Origin: Enoplolaimus lenunculus
Taxonomy: Eukaryota
DNA length: 64,000 bases
NCBI GenBank assembly: GCA_030248215.1
Contig: JASANG010002570.1
Span: 124,001-188,000 of the forward strand
Reading direction: 5' to 3'
In this document: one piece after another, positions 24,337 to 37,167 of the stretch
Numbering within the stretch: the first letter of the stretch is position 1
How the letters are laid out: every line of letters starts with the position of its first letter
Made by a program: the position numbers and the translations under genes
Notes under the pieces: generated by a model
Told to the model about the DNA's origin: nothing
Database searches by the model: none
Seen by the model: the letters and a program-made list of their open reading frames with translations, nothing else

Positions 24337-27300
24337 TCAACGCTTCTTCCGTTCTTTAGCGCGTTCTTTCCGCTCTTGCGCTAATGTTCGAACATTCTGT
24401 AAGTTTCGCTCTATTGCTGGCATGTCTTCTGGTTTGACCAACTTAATCTATAGGTATATTTCAGCATTAAAATTTAGTTTGCAATAATTTTTATAAGTTA
24501 TACGCTGATTAGAATTAATTTTACAGCTATATTTCGCTCATGGGTAGAAGACGATCCAAACCCACACTCACGGACGCTTAAAACTCGTTTGCGCGTTTAA
24601 AAGGTTAGGCTTGTCTAAACGTTAAATGTTGGGAACTGTACAAGAGCTTTGAAAAATTTAAGACGCTCAAGGCAACCGGTTAGACTTAAATTTACGCTTT
24701 AGAATACAGTCTTCACACTTTAAGGTCTATTTTTGAATCGCAAACTTCCAACTTTTATCGTTGAAAATGCCCGAATGACAAAGCGAACTTTATGGTAAAA
24801 TTAGTGTAGCTTCCGAATGCCCTGAATGGTGATACTTGAGGTATTCAGTAAGTTTTCAGACTCATCTGGTCGATGTATAGCACAGCGGCTTCCCATTTTC
24901 AAGGTACAAAATATATAGCCAGGCGTGCAGCCAGCTAGTCCTGTTAGCTTGCTGTAGGGTTTATAGTTTAGTAGGCAAAATACTACAAATATGGTTCTTT
25001 TACAGACCCACCAGAAACCGGAACGGTAAAAGTAACATGGGCCCGTATGGTTAGTTTTGAAACAACTGGAAATTAGGATCAGTTGTTGTTTTGGTCCACT
25101 GATGAGGGTGAAGTTGCGAAATAATGTTGAAACAGTTACAATTTCTTCATTAGAGTTTACGTTTCAGGCTTTAGTTCACTGTAAATTCCAGTGAGTTGAT
25201 TTTAACTCAGAGTGAGTTGAATCCACTCAGAAGCCTGAGCTCTGAATGAGGTCTTTCAGAACTCACCATTCTGAATTGACTGAACTCATTATGAGTTAAT
25301 TAATCAATTCACCCAGAATTAAATCAGCTCAGACTGAATTATTATTTGCTGTTATTAACTCAGAAATAATTAGAAATAACTAATTCTCACTCTGAGTTAA
25401 TTAATCAACTCATTGAACTTTACAGTGTTACGCCAAAAGCCTTTATGCTGACTGTGGAGAGAAGGGTTCAAGAACTCAAATCCCACTTTCGTGAGTTGGA
25501 TACTCACTGCATGCTGAGCAACTCCTTTTTCGTCCCAGTGAATCACAAGCACAGTACGTTTTAATTGATCAAGTTCGTTGCTGTGGTTATTTGGTTTGCA
25601 GTTGTCGGTGGTCTTGGCTGGCTCAACCGAGTCTTTGCCTACTACAGACAAACCTGATGAACGCTCAGCATTTGTGAGCAGTTCAGCTGGTGCTGCGTAT
25701 ACTGACCTGAAGCATACTGGTGATACGGACCTGATGCAAGTATGTGATACATTGTGACACAGCGTACGCAAGATATTGTGGAAGATGTATTGAACCTTTT
25801 TTATGCACTATAAGCCGGATATGCATTATATTCGTGAATTTGATGAACTAAATCCCCATTTATGATTGTAAATTTCATTTTTAATAATACAAAATATTTT
25901 TAACAAAAACTTTCTCAACATTCTTTCTTGATTGTTAATTTGATTAGAAGCAGGGCACAACCGGAGGTCTGCCTCCGGCTCCGGCAGAAAATCGGCCTCC
26001 GGCTCCGGTAGAATTTTTGCCTGCGGTTCTGGCAATTTCGATGTAAAATGTTGCATAATTTTGCAAAATTAATCTGTTTAGCGCGTTTCGTTTTACTTTT
26101 GTCACAATTATCAAGAAAGAATTTCCGAAAATTCGCAAAAAATTAGCGTAAAACCAAACAACTTGACAACGTATTGCAGATATTGGCTAAAATAAATCAG
26201 GCAACCATCATTTTTACTACCTGATTTCGTCTCACCTCCGGCACCGGCTCCGGCTAGTTTCGTTGACATCCGGTTCCGCTATTTTTCACCTCCGGTAGCA
26301 TCCTGATCAGAAGTCTAATTTAAGTTGAGCTTTTAGCTCGGACTCAGGGATGAAGTGAACTTTTACCAGAAACGTCCGACTGTAAACAGCTTGAATTATG
26401 GTCCGAGCCGAAATTATACATCATATGGTCTTAATCATGGGTCCGACTTGAGTGAACAAACTTACTCTTCGATTTCTGGCGTATTTTGATCCGCTGTTGA
26501 AATTGACAGGAACATTTGTCGAGAGCGCGGTGACATTTGATTTATGCACTGTAAAACAAACAAAATTATTTTAATTTCGAAGCTGCGACTCCATGTAAAC
26601 AGAGATCAGGGGCGGAATATTTTTCTCGAGTTGAGAATTATAATATTTGAGCATCCTGTGCTGATTTGTGAAAAAATTCAATTTCACTGTTAATTTGCTT
26701 GTATAAATACAGAATCGTGTTCCGTGACCTGGAAATGTTGTAAGAACAGGCATAGAAATTGTGGCCAATATAAAGAACACAAGCGGAACAGTATTATCAG
26801 CCTATTCCGAAGCCTAAACCTATATAAGCCTAAGCCTAAGCGTATGGATGAGCGAATTCCTAAGCCTAAGCATAAGCCTAAGCCTAAGCGTAATGGATGA
26901 GCCTATTCCTAAGCCCAAGCCTAAGCTTAAGGCTAAGCAAAAAAGTTAGTCTAAAGCTTAAACTACTGACTCTATTATGGCCCCGCCGGAAAACGATCCG
27001 GCCCTGTTCTATAGATGGGCCGAAATTGTAAAGAGTTTTGGCAATGAAAATATTTTTTGCAAACTTAGCGCTAATTGGTATAATGGGTGCTATTTTTAAA
27101 ATTTGCGTCTCAATGCACAGTTGCATTTGTACCACGGAAGTATTGTAAAACCAAGGGATAGAGGTGATAACATTAACCCTCCTAGACTAGAATCTTGGCT
27201 ACGCTCCTGAGAGTGATAGATACCTCTTTCGCTTCTCGTCGCATAATATCACGGCGTTTTGCAACTTCCGCTTGCAGTTCGGCGTCACTCATTGTTTTGC

Positions 27301-28946
27301 ATCGGGTGAAAAAGTCGTCTTCTGGTGAATTCAGTTTTAGTCGCTGGCTTCCAACTTGTTCGTTCGTTTGTTTGTTGATATTCGCCGGTTGTTCGTTGCT
27401 GTTCGTTCGTATTCGACGTGGAGAAGATGTTGCTGGTTGGTGCGATTCTGACAGCGCTGGCGTATCAGAGGAACGATGTCTTTTGATCGTACTAGATCCT
27501 TCCTTTAATGGTGTTTTACTCGTATTGTGTATGAAAGTATAACCAGGGCCGGGGCAACCACCCCCCATACCCCCGTTGGAGCCCATTACTCCTAAAAGGT
27601 GCCCCACCATAAGAGGATGAAACAAAAAGTGCCGAAGTTTTTAAATAAGTCCGCCTTCTCGCTCGCTTCGCTTGCGTTTGCCAGCGATTGGCAAAAATTT
27701 TCCATGTCTTTCGGACAGGAAAACATCAACAATCAATGATTCGTGCTTAGCTCGCCCTATGAGTTGGCTTCCAGAAATAAGCCATTGTATAGAACAGGGC
27801 AGTAACAGTACACTCAAAATAATATTTCTGATATTTAAGAAAAAATTTCTTACATTTAAGAAATATAATTAGCAAGGTGCACTTGAAAAGTATTTCTGTT
27901 ATAACAGAAAAGTTTCAAAAAAGTTTTGAAATCAAGTCTGAAAATAAACGTTTTCCAGTTTTTAGAAAAATTGTCTTAAATATCAGAAAAACTTTTCAGA
28001 TTTGACGCAGAAAATATTTTTCTGAATAATTTCCGAATTACTTTTTTGTGTGCAGTACAAGCGTATTTCTAAGCCTAAATATTGAGCCTAAGCGGTAAAA
28101 TGAGCTTATAACGCCTGAGCCCAAACAAAAAATAGTCTGACAGTTTAAGCTTACCGTAGTGACCCGAATAAGAGGGGGACTGATATTTATTTCGCCTATG
28201 GCCTCTAATATAGTGTTTAGAGACTAAATGCGCTTACGGACTCTTATTAGGGATACGGATTGCTATTAATTGGGGCTCAAAATGGGGACCCCCTTCTTAT
28301 TACACCCCTCTTATTCGGGTCACTGCAGTACTATATTGCAGTCCCGCAGAAAAACGCCCTGTCTCCCTGATCTTTACTTGGGCCCAAAATAAACCGTTTT
28401 TATATTCCGAGAAATTGTGTTTACTTTACCAAAGAGTCCCTCATCTTAAAAAACCTTGAAATAAAGTATACTAGTCCAGTATCAAAAATTAATCTGTCAG
28501 AGGTTGTTAGGGCACGCTAAATGTTGTGTTAAAATGAAAATTTTCAGAGATACTGCGTTTATTATTTGTTATCTACGGGCGGCCAAAAGGTGCCAATATA
28601 TGAAATTTCCGTGCAGTTTGACCGATTTCCGTTTTAATAACCTTTAAGAAATTTTTTTCGTTCTTTTCACTCAAGTGTCGTGTGTCTTAATCTTGTGAAT
28701 AAGAAAATAGCGAAAAAATTTTCACGGAACATACTGTCGATTTCCATAATTTTGGAATTGACACTACAGATTGAGTCAAAATTTTTTGCCAAAACTATGC
28801 TGGAAGGCATGATTTTTTGTCTCCGAAGGTGTGTCTTTCTTCCACGTGGCATAAAAACATACCTTGTTTGCCTGTGTCACAGAACAATACTCGCTTGACT
28901 TGGAGCGTCTTCTAACAAATCCAGGGTCACTTTTCATACCTAACAT
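24337..28946 (-). CDS. Uncharacterised 5-exon protein, about 250 aa, Ser/Arg-rich with a basic C-terminus
   Basis: Exons 28946-28863, 27502-27224, 26548-26466, 25706 (or 25730)-25508 and 24447-24337. All are GT-AG with matching phases 0,0,2,0, and AATAAA lies 18 nt past the stop. No family recognised. Confidence 0.7.
25177..25427. mobile_element. CACTG...CAGTG MITE (EnSpm/CACTA-like) with AACTCAG repeats
   Basis: tt-CACTGTAAA...TTTACAGTG-tt, giving a 2-bp TSD. Confidence 0.75.
25951..26305. mobile_element. hAT-like CCGGAG MITE
   Basis: CAGGG/CCTG ends; TSD attagaag/atcagaag. Confidence 0.85.
26763..27021. mobile_element. Merlin-like TTAGGC-carrying MITE (A1)
   Basis: Perfect TSD GAAATTGT at 26755-26762 and 27022-27029. 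Confidence 0.88.
27781..28384. mobile_element. Merlin-like A1 MITE interrupted by a CAC..GTG element (27811-28052) and a Tc2/pogo-like MITE (28154-28328)
   Basis: Removing both inserts restores the A1 consensus order. Confidence 0.75.
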
Positions 28947-29590
28947 CTGCCGTCTAAAGGATATTTGATGAAAGTGTCAGATTTTAATACAAAAATACAC
29001 AAAGCTCAATTTTGGACTTGTGGCGTTAAAACTTTTTTTCTCTCGTAGAATCTTGTCATGCAAACGGTTTTAATACGATACATAGTTAACTCTTTCTCAC
29101 ATAAATATTTTCTGTTTCATCTGAGAGGTAATTTTGTAATAGGAATATAGCCCCGAGGACTAGAATGAAAGAGTTTTGGCCTCACCAAATATATACTAAC
29201 GAACAAAGGCAAGGAACTTTAATATCAACCCACGAGGGTATCAGTGTTAAATATATTCTGTTGTGTCTTAAACAATAACTAATACTTATTTGATATTACG
29301 TTTTGTCATCAAGGTTTATATGCCAAACCTCGGAATTTATAGTGTAATTCTGTTTCGTGCGTGAATGGTCTCAAAAGCCCACCGTTCGAGTGATCTTATT
29401 GCTCTTTATACTCAACTCGTGACTACTAAGTCCTATTAACACGTGCAAGTTTTTGCTGCGAGAACTTGCAGCTGCAATTTGCACTTGCAAGTTATTTTCA
29501 AAATCCCGTTCGAAAAACTTGCAGCTGCAAATAATTCATTTTCCAATTAGTTTTCCTTTGACGCGCGTATAAAAAAAGATCTAAACTCTT

Positions 29591-29780
29591 AGGGTTCCGC
29601 GATATGTACTCGACATCCGGCGCCGTTCGTCACCGTCCGTCCCCGTACGGCGCCGTCCGTCACCGTTTGTACCATACGTTATCGTATGTGAGTTATTTGC
29701 GTACGATACCGCACGCTGACGGATGGTGCCGTACGGGTGACACAAGGTGACGGTCGTGAACTAAAGCATAGCGCAACCCT
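29591..29780. mobile_element. Harbinger-like MITE, source family of the 31-bp array at 4248-4665
   Basis: TIR agggttccgcgatatg / catagcgcaaccct with gtgacggacggcgccgtac motifs in both arms. Confidence 0.65.
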
Positions 29781-29958
29781 TACGCTTAAGGAGTTTTGGA
29801 TTTCACGCGTTTTATAAAGAGCATTACCACTGTCGGCTTCAGGAAAAATTTAGTGATGTGTATACTTAAATTTTGGCAACACATGCATGATTAGCCGTTT
29901 CAGAGCTTTGCCCACAGCAACAGATATTTCTAGCATACAGAACATGGTTCGGCATTCG

Positions 29959-32815
29959 GGCAGATGTATAGATCAGGGGCTTCCACTTTTCCAGGGTGGA
30001 AAACTTATGACCAGGAGTGCATCGCAGCCACTCCTGTATGACGACCTAATTTTTCACTGGTTGGTAGGAAAAATCACGGGCATAGGTTTTGCTGTGGAAA
30101 AGTGGAAAATTCATAGGCCTGCATATTATATGCTTAGATTATTCCTGGGTTGGTAGGGAAAATTTGAAGCACAGGTTTACGTTGGAAAACGGGAAAAGTG
30201 GAAAATTTAAACGCCTACATTTTCCCTTGGTTGGTAGGGAAAATCTGTAGTGTAAAAGATTGTTTGGAAAATGGGAAAAGTGGAAACTTTAAAAGCTTAC
30301 ATTATTCCTTGGTTGGTAGGGAAAATTTGAAGCATAAGTTTTGGTTGGAAAACGGGAAAAGTGGAAAATTTAAACGCCTAGATTTTCCCTTGGTTGGTAG
30401 GAAAAATCAGCAGCATAGGTTTTGGTTGGAAAACGGGAAAAGTTGAAAATGTAAACGCCTAAATTTATCTTGGGTTGGTAGGAAAATTCTGAAGCATAGC
30501 TTTTGTTTGGAAAATGGGAAAAGTAGAAAATTCCAATGGAACGATTTAATAACACAGTAGATATTTGCTAAAATTAAGTTAGCGGCTCCGGATCTGGCAT
30601 TTTTAACCTCCGGTTGCATCCTACAAACTAACAGACAATATATTTCGACGCTGCTCAAAACAAGAAACCGCGGAGCGGAACACTGCAATGAACAAAATCT
30701 ACTTTACACAGTTAAACCTAAACGAGCAGAGCATTTAACCGAAACTTGAATATTAAGAGTGGTCCATTATTATCACAACATAATTCTGTTTGTATGCTTC
30801 AGATTTTCCCTACCAACCCAGGGTAAATCTAGGCGTTTAAATTTTCCACTTTTCCCATTTTCCAACCAAATCCTATGCTTCATATTTTCCCTACTAACCT
30901 AAGGTAAATCTAGGCCTTTAAATTTTCCACTTTTCCCGTTTTCTAACCGAAACCTATGCTTCAGATTTTCCCTACCAAGTCAGGGTAAATCTAGACATTA
31001 AAATTTTCCACTTTTCCCGTTTTCTAACCAAAACCTATGCTTCAGATTTTCCCTACTAAGCCAAGGTAAATCTAGGCATTAAAATTTTCCACTTTTCCCG
31101 TTTTCCAACCAAAACCTAACTAAGGTAAATCTAGGCCTTTAAATTTTCCACTTTTCCCGTTTTCCAACCGAAACCTATGCTTCAGATGTTCCCTACCAAG
31201 TCATGGTAAATCTAGGCATTAAAATTTTCCACTTTTCCCGTTTTCCAACCAAAACCTATGCTTCCGATTTTCCCTACCAACCCAAAGGTAAAAATTTAGG
31301 CATTAGAATTTTCCACTTTTCCCGTTTTCCAACCAAAACCTATGCTACAGATTTTCCCTACCAACCCAGGGTAAAACCTAGGCATTTCAATTTTCCACTT
31401 TTCCCGTTTTCTAACCAAAACCTATGCCTTACGCTTGAATTTTCCACTTTTCCCGTTTTCCAACCCAAACCTTTGCTTCAGATTTTCCCTACCAACCAAG
31501 GGTAAAAATCTAGGCATTGGAATTTTCTACTTTTCCCGTTTTCCAATCAAAACCTATGCTTCAGATTTTCCCTACCAACCCAAGGTAAAAATCTAGGCAT
31601 TAGAATTTTCCACTTTTCCCGTTTTCCAACCAAAACCTATGCTTGAGATTTTCCCTACCAACCCAGGTAAAAATCTAGGCATTAGAATTTTCCACTTTTC
31701 CCGTTTTCCAACCAAAACCTATGCTTCAGATTTCCCTCCAACCCAGGGGGAAATCTAGGCATTAGAATTTTCCACTTTTCCCGTTTTCCAACCAAAACCT
31801 ATGCTACAGATTTTCCCTACCAACCCAGGGTAAAACCTAGGCATTTCAATTTTCCACTTTTCCCGTTTTCTAACCAAAACCTATGCCTTACGCTTGAATT
31901 TTCCACTTTTCCCGTTTTCCAACCGAAACCTTTGCTTCAGATTTTCCCTACCAACCAAGGGTAAAAATCTAGGCATTGGAATTTTCCACTTTTCCCGTTT
32001 TCCAACCAAAACCTATGCTTCAGATTTTCCCTACCAACCCAGGGTAAAAATCTAGGCATTAGAATTTTCCACTTTTCCCGTTTTCCAACCAAAACCTATG
32101 CTTCAGATTTCCCTCCAACCCAGGGGAAAACCTAGGCATTAGAATTTTCCACTTTTCCCGTTTTCCAACCAAAACCTATGCTTCAGATTTTCCTTACCAA
32201 CCCAGGGGGAAATCTAGGCATTAGAATTTTCCACTTTTCCCGTTTTCCAACCAAAACCTATGCTTCAGATTTCCCTCCAACCCAGGGGAAAACCTAGGAA
32301 TTAGAATTTTCCACTTTTCCCGTTTTCCAACCAAAACCTATGCCCTACGATTGAATTTTCCACTTTTCCACTTTTCCCGTTTTCCAACCATTGCTTTAGA
32401 TTTCTCTTACTAACCAAGAAAATATATATCTAGGCATTTCAATTTTCCATTTTTCCCGTTTTCCAACCAACACCTGTGCTTCAGATTTTCCCTACCAACC
32501 CAGTGTAAAAATCTAGGCATTAGAATTTTCCACTTTTCCCGTTTTCCAACCAAAACCTATGCTTCAGATTTCCCTACCAACCCAGGTGAAAAATCTAGGC
32601 ATTACAATTTTCCACTTTTCAAGTTTTTCAATCAAAACCTATGCTTCAGATTTTCCCTACCAACCCAGGGTAAAATCTATAGGCATTAAAATTTTCTTAA
32701 TTTTCCTACCAAATCAGCGGAAAATTTGGCCGTGATACAGGAGCGGCTACGCTGCACTCCTGGTTATAAGTTTTCCACCGTGGAAAACTGGAAGCCCCTG
32801 TGCTATACATTGGCC
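29959..32815. mobile_element. 2.86-kb Merlin-like fold-back element with inverted ~82-bp satellite arrays
   Basis: Perfect TSD GGCATTCG at 29951-29958 and 32816-32823. ~110-bp TIRs begin GGC.ATGTATAG..CAGGGGCTTCCA. The left arm has about 6 units and the right arm more than 20, in opposite orientation. Confidence 0.9.
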
Positions 32816-33041
32816 GGCATTCGCAAAGTTGACCTGTTGCCAGTTTTATTTTTCGTATAATTGAGTTGTGAGTAGCGATAAAATTTTTAAAAAACCTAAA
32901 CGATTTCACATTATACAGATATTTACTAAAATGAGCAAATTAAACATTTTGACTATACCTAATTTCGGCTCGCCTTTGACCTCCTGCTCCGGTATTTTAA
33001 ATTTCCGGTTCCGCCACGCTGCTCTGTCTAATAATAGTTGG

Positions 33042-33773
33042 GGCCTATGTAAAGAACTGTGGCGGAACAGTACTATAAACATATTCCTAAGCCTGAAGCC
33101 TAAGTATAAACATAAAAATAAGCTTTACCTAAAACCTAAGGCTAGTCTAAGCATAAGAATGAGTTTTACCTAAACCTAAGCCTACTTTGTCAAAAAATTA
33201 GTCTAAAGCTTGAGCATACTCTATTCAAGTACACTAGGTACCCGAATAAGGGGGGACTGATATTTATTTGATCTCTCCAGAGGGTATCCCCCTTGTTATT
33301 CGGTTACGGACTGTTTTTTATTTTTAACCCACGCTCCGCCGCCCTTCGTTACTGATATATATCCGGTACTGCAATTATCCGTTAAATTATATAAACGTTT
33401 ATTTGTCTTGTGTCAATAGCTTGAGCGATATGTTATACTTAGGAATGTACATTCAAAATTCAAGTACGCTTTAAAGTTTCGAACTCAAATTATTTGGTCC
33501 TGGAGTCATTTATGCGCTACAATTAGTTAATTGACATTCATGGTCTCTAATTAGGGTTTAGGGACGCTATTATCATTTATGCGCTACAATTAGGGATAAT
33601 TAACATTTATGGGCTCTAATTATGATTTAGGAACTCTATCCAATTACGCACTCTTATTAGGGATACGGGATCCTATTGATTCGGACTCAAAATGGGGACC
33701 CCCTCTTATTCGGGTCAATACAGTACTTAACGCAGAAAAACGTTCCGCCTCTAAAAATCTTTTAACATGGGCC
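33042..33773. mobile_element. Merlin-like A1 MITE with a nested Tc2/pogo-like MITE (~33232-33723)
   Basis: A1 TIRs at both ends; the insert is bounded by CCCGAATAAG / CTTATTCGGG inverted repeats. Confidence 0.8.
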
Positions 33774-33959
33774 GCAGTTGCAATTAAAACAAGTTCACAA
33801 TAAACAATAATAAAATAACGCAATTGAATGCAGCAACGAATCACTACTTTTCTACGAAACGCATGGTTTTAGAACCTTAAATGCTCCTGATTCATCTTCA
33901 CGTTCTCGTGACCGAAAAGGTAGATTTAATTTTATCGTAAACCGTTGATTGTCAATTAT

Positions 33960-35408
33960 CTCAAATATAGCGCATAAATGACTCCAGGCCAGATAACGTT
34001 GAATTCGAAACTTTAAAGCGTATATATTAAGTTTCGAATGTACATTCCTAAGTATAACCTTGCATTATCGCTCAAGCTTTTGATTCAAGACCAATAAAAA
34101 ACGTTTAATTTAACGGATAGTTGCAACATCGGACATGTCAGTAACGAATGGCGGCGGAGGGCGGGTTAAAAACAAATAACAGTCCGTAACCGAATGACAA
34201 GGGGTGACCCTCTGGAGAGGCCAAATAAATATCAGTCCCCCTCTTATTTGAGTCGCTGCACTACGTAAGTGAGCCATTTTAGTTTAATAAAGTATGAATG
34301 TTTTACTGTAAATAAAAGCTGCTTTGTTATATGCATAGTCACCGACTAAATGCAGGATTCACGTTATGTTTGGGGCATCCCGTAAAATGTTCTATATTGA
34401 TTCAAAGTCGACACGAATTATTTAGATCTAAATAGAGGGTAGGCAGATAAAATGTGAATGATACATGATACTGGTGTACAAACTACTGCTTTCAGGTGAG
34501 CATCGTATACAAGTAGCCATATGTCAAATGATACGAGACATTTATTCAAATGCCATAAAATGATATTCCAAAATTCTATCAACTCCTGCGTTTACATTTC
34601 CGATAGAAATATTTGTTAAACATACATCTGTAAAGAGATCAAGTGAGTTGTTATAGAGTCAATACGAACCGCGCAGCCGTTAGTCTAATATGGACATATC
34701 TTAGCGCCGGTAAGTTCCAGGGCCCAATACGAACCACTAACAAACTCTCAACGTCGGAGTACACCAGGCGTGTTTGAAACAAGCAGTGTAGAAACTGTAT
34801 GGCAAACTGCGTATACGCGGAATTCAACCAATCAATTATTTTTTTACCAACTGAAGAGGGGGTTCACGTTTCTAGTCGCAATCAATAGGAGTCCATTCCT
34901 AAACCCTATTAGAGTCCATAAATGTCGATTATCCCTAACTTTAGTGCATAAAAATGACTCCAGCACCAAATGAAGTTGAATACGAAACTTTAAAACATTC
35001 TTAAGGTTTGAAAGTACATTCCTAAGTATAACCTTGCACTATCACTGAAGATTTTGATACAAGACAAACATATAATTCAACGAATAGTTGCAATACCGGA
35101 TATATAGTATTAATGCGACTAGACATTCATTAAACAATCACATTGCTGTGCCGCGCTTCAACTACATTGTAGCTAGCCAAGTAGTTTTATTAAATATAAT
35201 CCAGAAAGAAAATAAATTAAAACGGACATGGCAACCAACAAAGATGCTACAGTATGCCCAAAACAGAAAATTTCGTAAAAGATGTGTGTAGGTGCAATGG
35301 CAGCGGATGGCGGAGTAAAAATAGATAAAAGACCGTAACCGAATTTTAGGGGCACCATTTAGAAAGGCCAAATAAATACCAGTCCCTTGATTTTTCGGGT
35401 CACTGCAA
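33960..35408. mobile_element. Two partial Tc2/pogo-like MITE copies (~33960-34262 and ~34850-35408)
   Basis: Colinear with 47146-47589 (tacattcctaagtataaccttgcattatc; ggccaaataaatatcagtcccc). Confidence 0.7.
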
Positions 35409-37167
35409 TAATTACGCAAAAGTACAAAACGTTTTCCAATGCTGGTGCTTTTAGCGATTATTCATTTGTTGAAATTTAGTAACATTTTCAATGTTGAAAC
35501 ACTACGACTTATTTATTTCAGCTCGAAAATTGAAATTGACTTTAAAAACCACAGCTGTGGCAAATGCTGCGAAAATCGTGATAAAAACGCATCCGCTATT
35601 CAATTTGAACACAATAATGTTTGTTTTTACGTGACAACCTACAGATCAATAAACCTGTTTTGTTAGATCAAGTGTTGGTGTACTGTTGCGTGTATACGGA
35701 CCACAAAGATCTTTGATTTATATGTGTGTACATGTATTTATATTGTTGTGTGTTCTTAACCAATATAGTACGTAGCTAATACACAAAAGTAACTACAATA
35801 ATGTATAGTTCAGTAATATTTATATACAGAACGCTCGTATGCAGTATGTAACGGTTTGCTCATAGCAAGCCTCCGGTTATAGATACGCGTGTTTGTATTT
35901 ATTATTGCTTCGGGTATGAACCATTGCTGGTTTTATGATCAGAGGGAGTGTCTCGCCAGGGTGCGGGGACGTCGCAAATAATGGTTGATCACTATGTTGA
36001 GATAATGATTTTTTTCAAAGTTCATCGCTTTGTGTGCTGTTAAATTGAGTAATGCGCTGCGGTCAACGAGGTGTATTGGATGTCGGTTTATTTTTGAATA
36101 CTTGTTTGTGGTTGGTTAAAATGAGACGTTTTTGAAACGACCTAAAACTGGTTGAACGCACATGAGACATGAGACCGATTTTGGCACATTTGCGACCAAC
36201 TACGTTGATAATCGTTATCACTGCAGGATGATGATATAATACAGGAATGTATAGCATTGACTTGTCCTGATCCGAGATATTTTCCAAAAGTTGAAGCATT
36301 ATCTATTTATGTGCCCTTACTTTGGTTCTTTGTTTTTCAACTCTAGAACAGAGCACAACTGTTGCCTTTGTATTTGGTCATGAGTTATAGTTTTTCCGCT
36401 ACTTGTGTTATACCCAAAGCCCCAAGCATACGTAGTACCTATTGTTGTTCGCAACAATATAGAAATATATTATTTCCGGTGCTAACACTCACTCACATTT
36501 GCCGTGCTGCATGGTATTATATTTTCACTTCCATTACCATTTTGTCGCCTATTTTATTTTAGAACAAAAAGTTTTCAATCATTGGTTTGTCTCCGCAAGC
36601 TATTATACAAAAATTCAATAGCGTATCGTGCTTTTCCGGAGTGTTGTGCTTTAGCTCTAGTTTTAGACATACTTGAACACTGCTGGTATCTAGGGCGCTA
36701 TTTGTTGAATGTTTTAGAGACACGTTCTATCGTATATGATGCTAAATGTCCATTTGTAGCTCTGTTCAAGGTATGAAATGGCTCTAACTCAAAAATGTGT
36801 GGAATTTTCAGTGGCATCTAGCGAGACCTAAATAGTTTTTGTTTTTTGAAAGTTGCAAGCGTAATGGATAAACATACAGCTTTGTGATTGCTTCACCAGC
36901 ATGGGGGCGAATGATGGAATTTCGTATTGCTTAGCTACAATAGTTAGGGTTTAGAGGGTATGTACACACACACTCAGCCGCCTTCTTTTTAAGATATATT
37001 CTTCTTATTTAGCTAGCTAAATGATTTGCTGCAAAGCTCTAATCAAAATACTTGTACACCTCCATTACAACAATGTATTCTGAATGGTGAATAGGCAGTT
37101 ACACTGTTAATGATGAATTTCAGAACATTAAAAAGACTAAAATTTTGACTGGGTAGACCAAATATTA

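Noticed and set aside
24720..25160. Degraded transposase or reverse-transcriptase remnant in the last intron of the unrecognised gene
   Set aside because: Hand translation gave only short frames with no recognisable catalytic motif.
27811..28052. Transib-like element (CAC ends with an apparent 5-bp CAGTA TSD)
   Set aside because: The host MITE consensus (AACAGTAGTATAAG) is restored better by assuming a 2-bp TSD, so an EnSpm-like element is more parsimonious.
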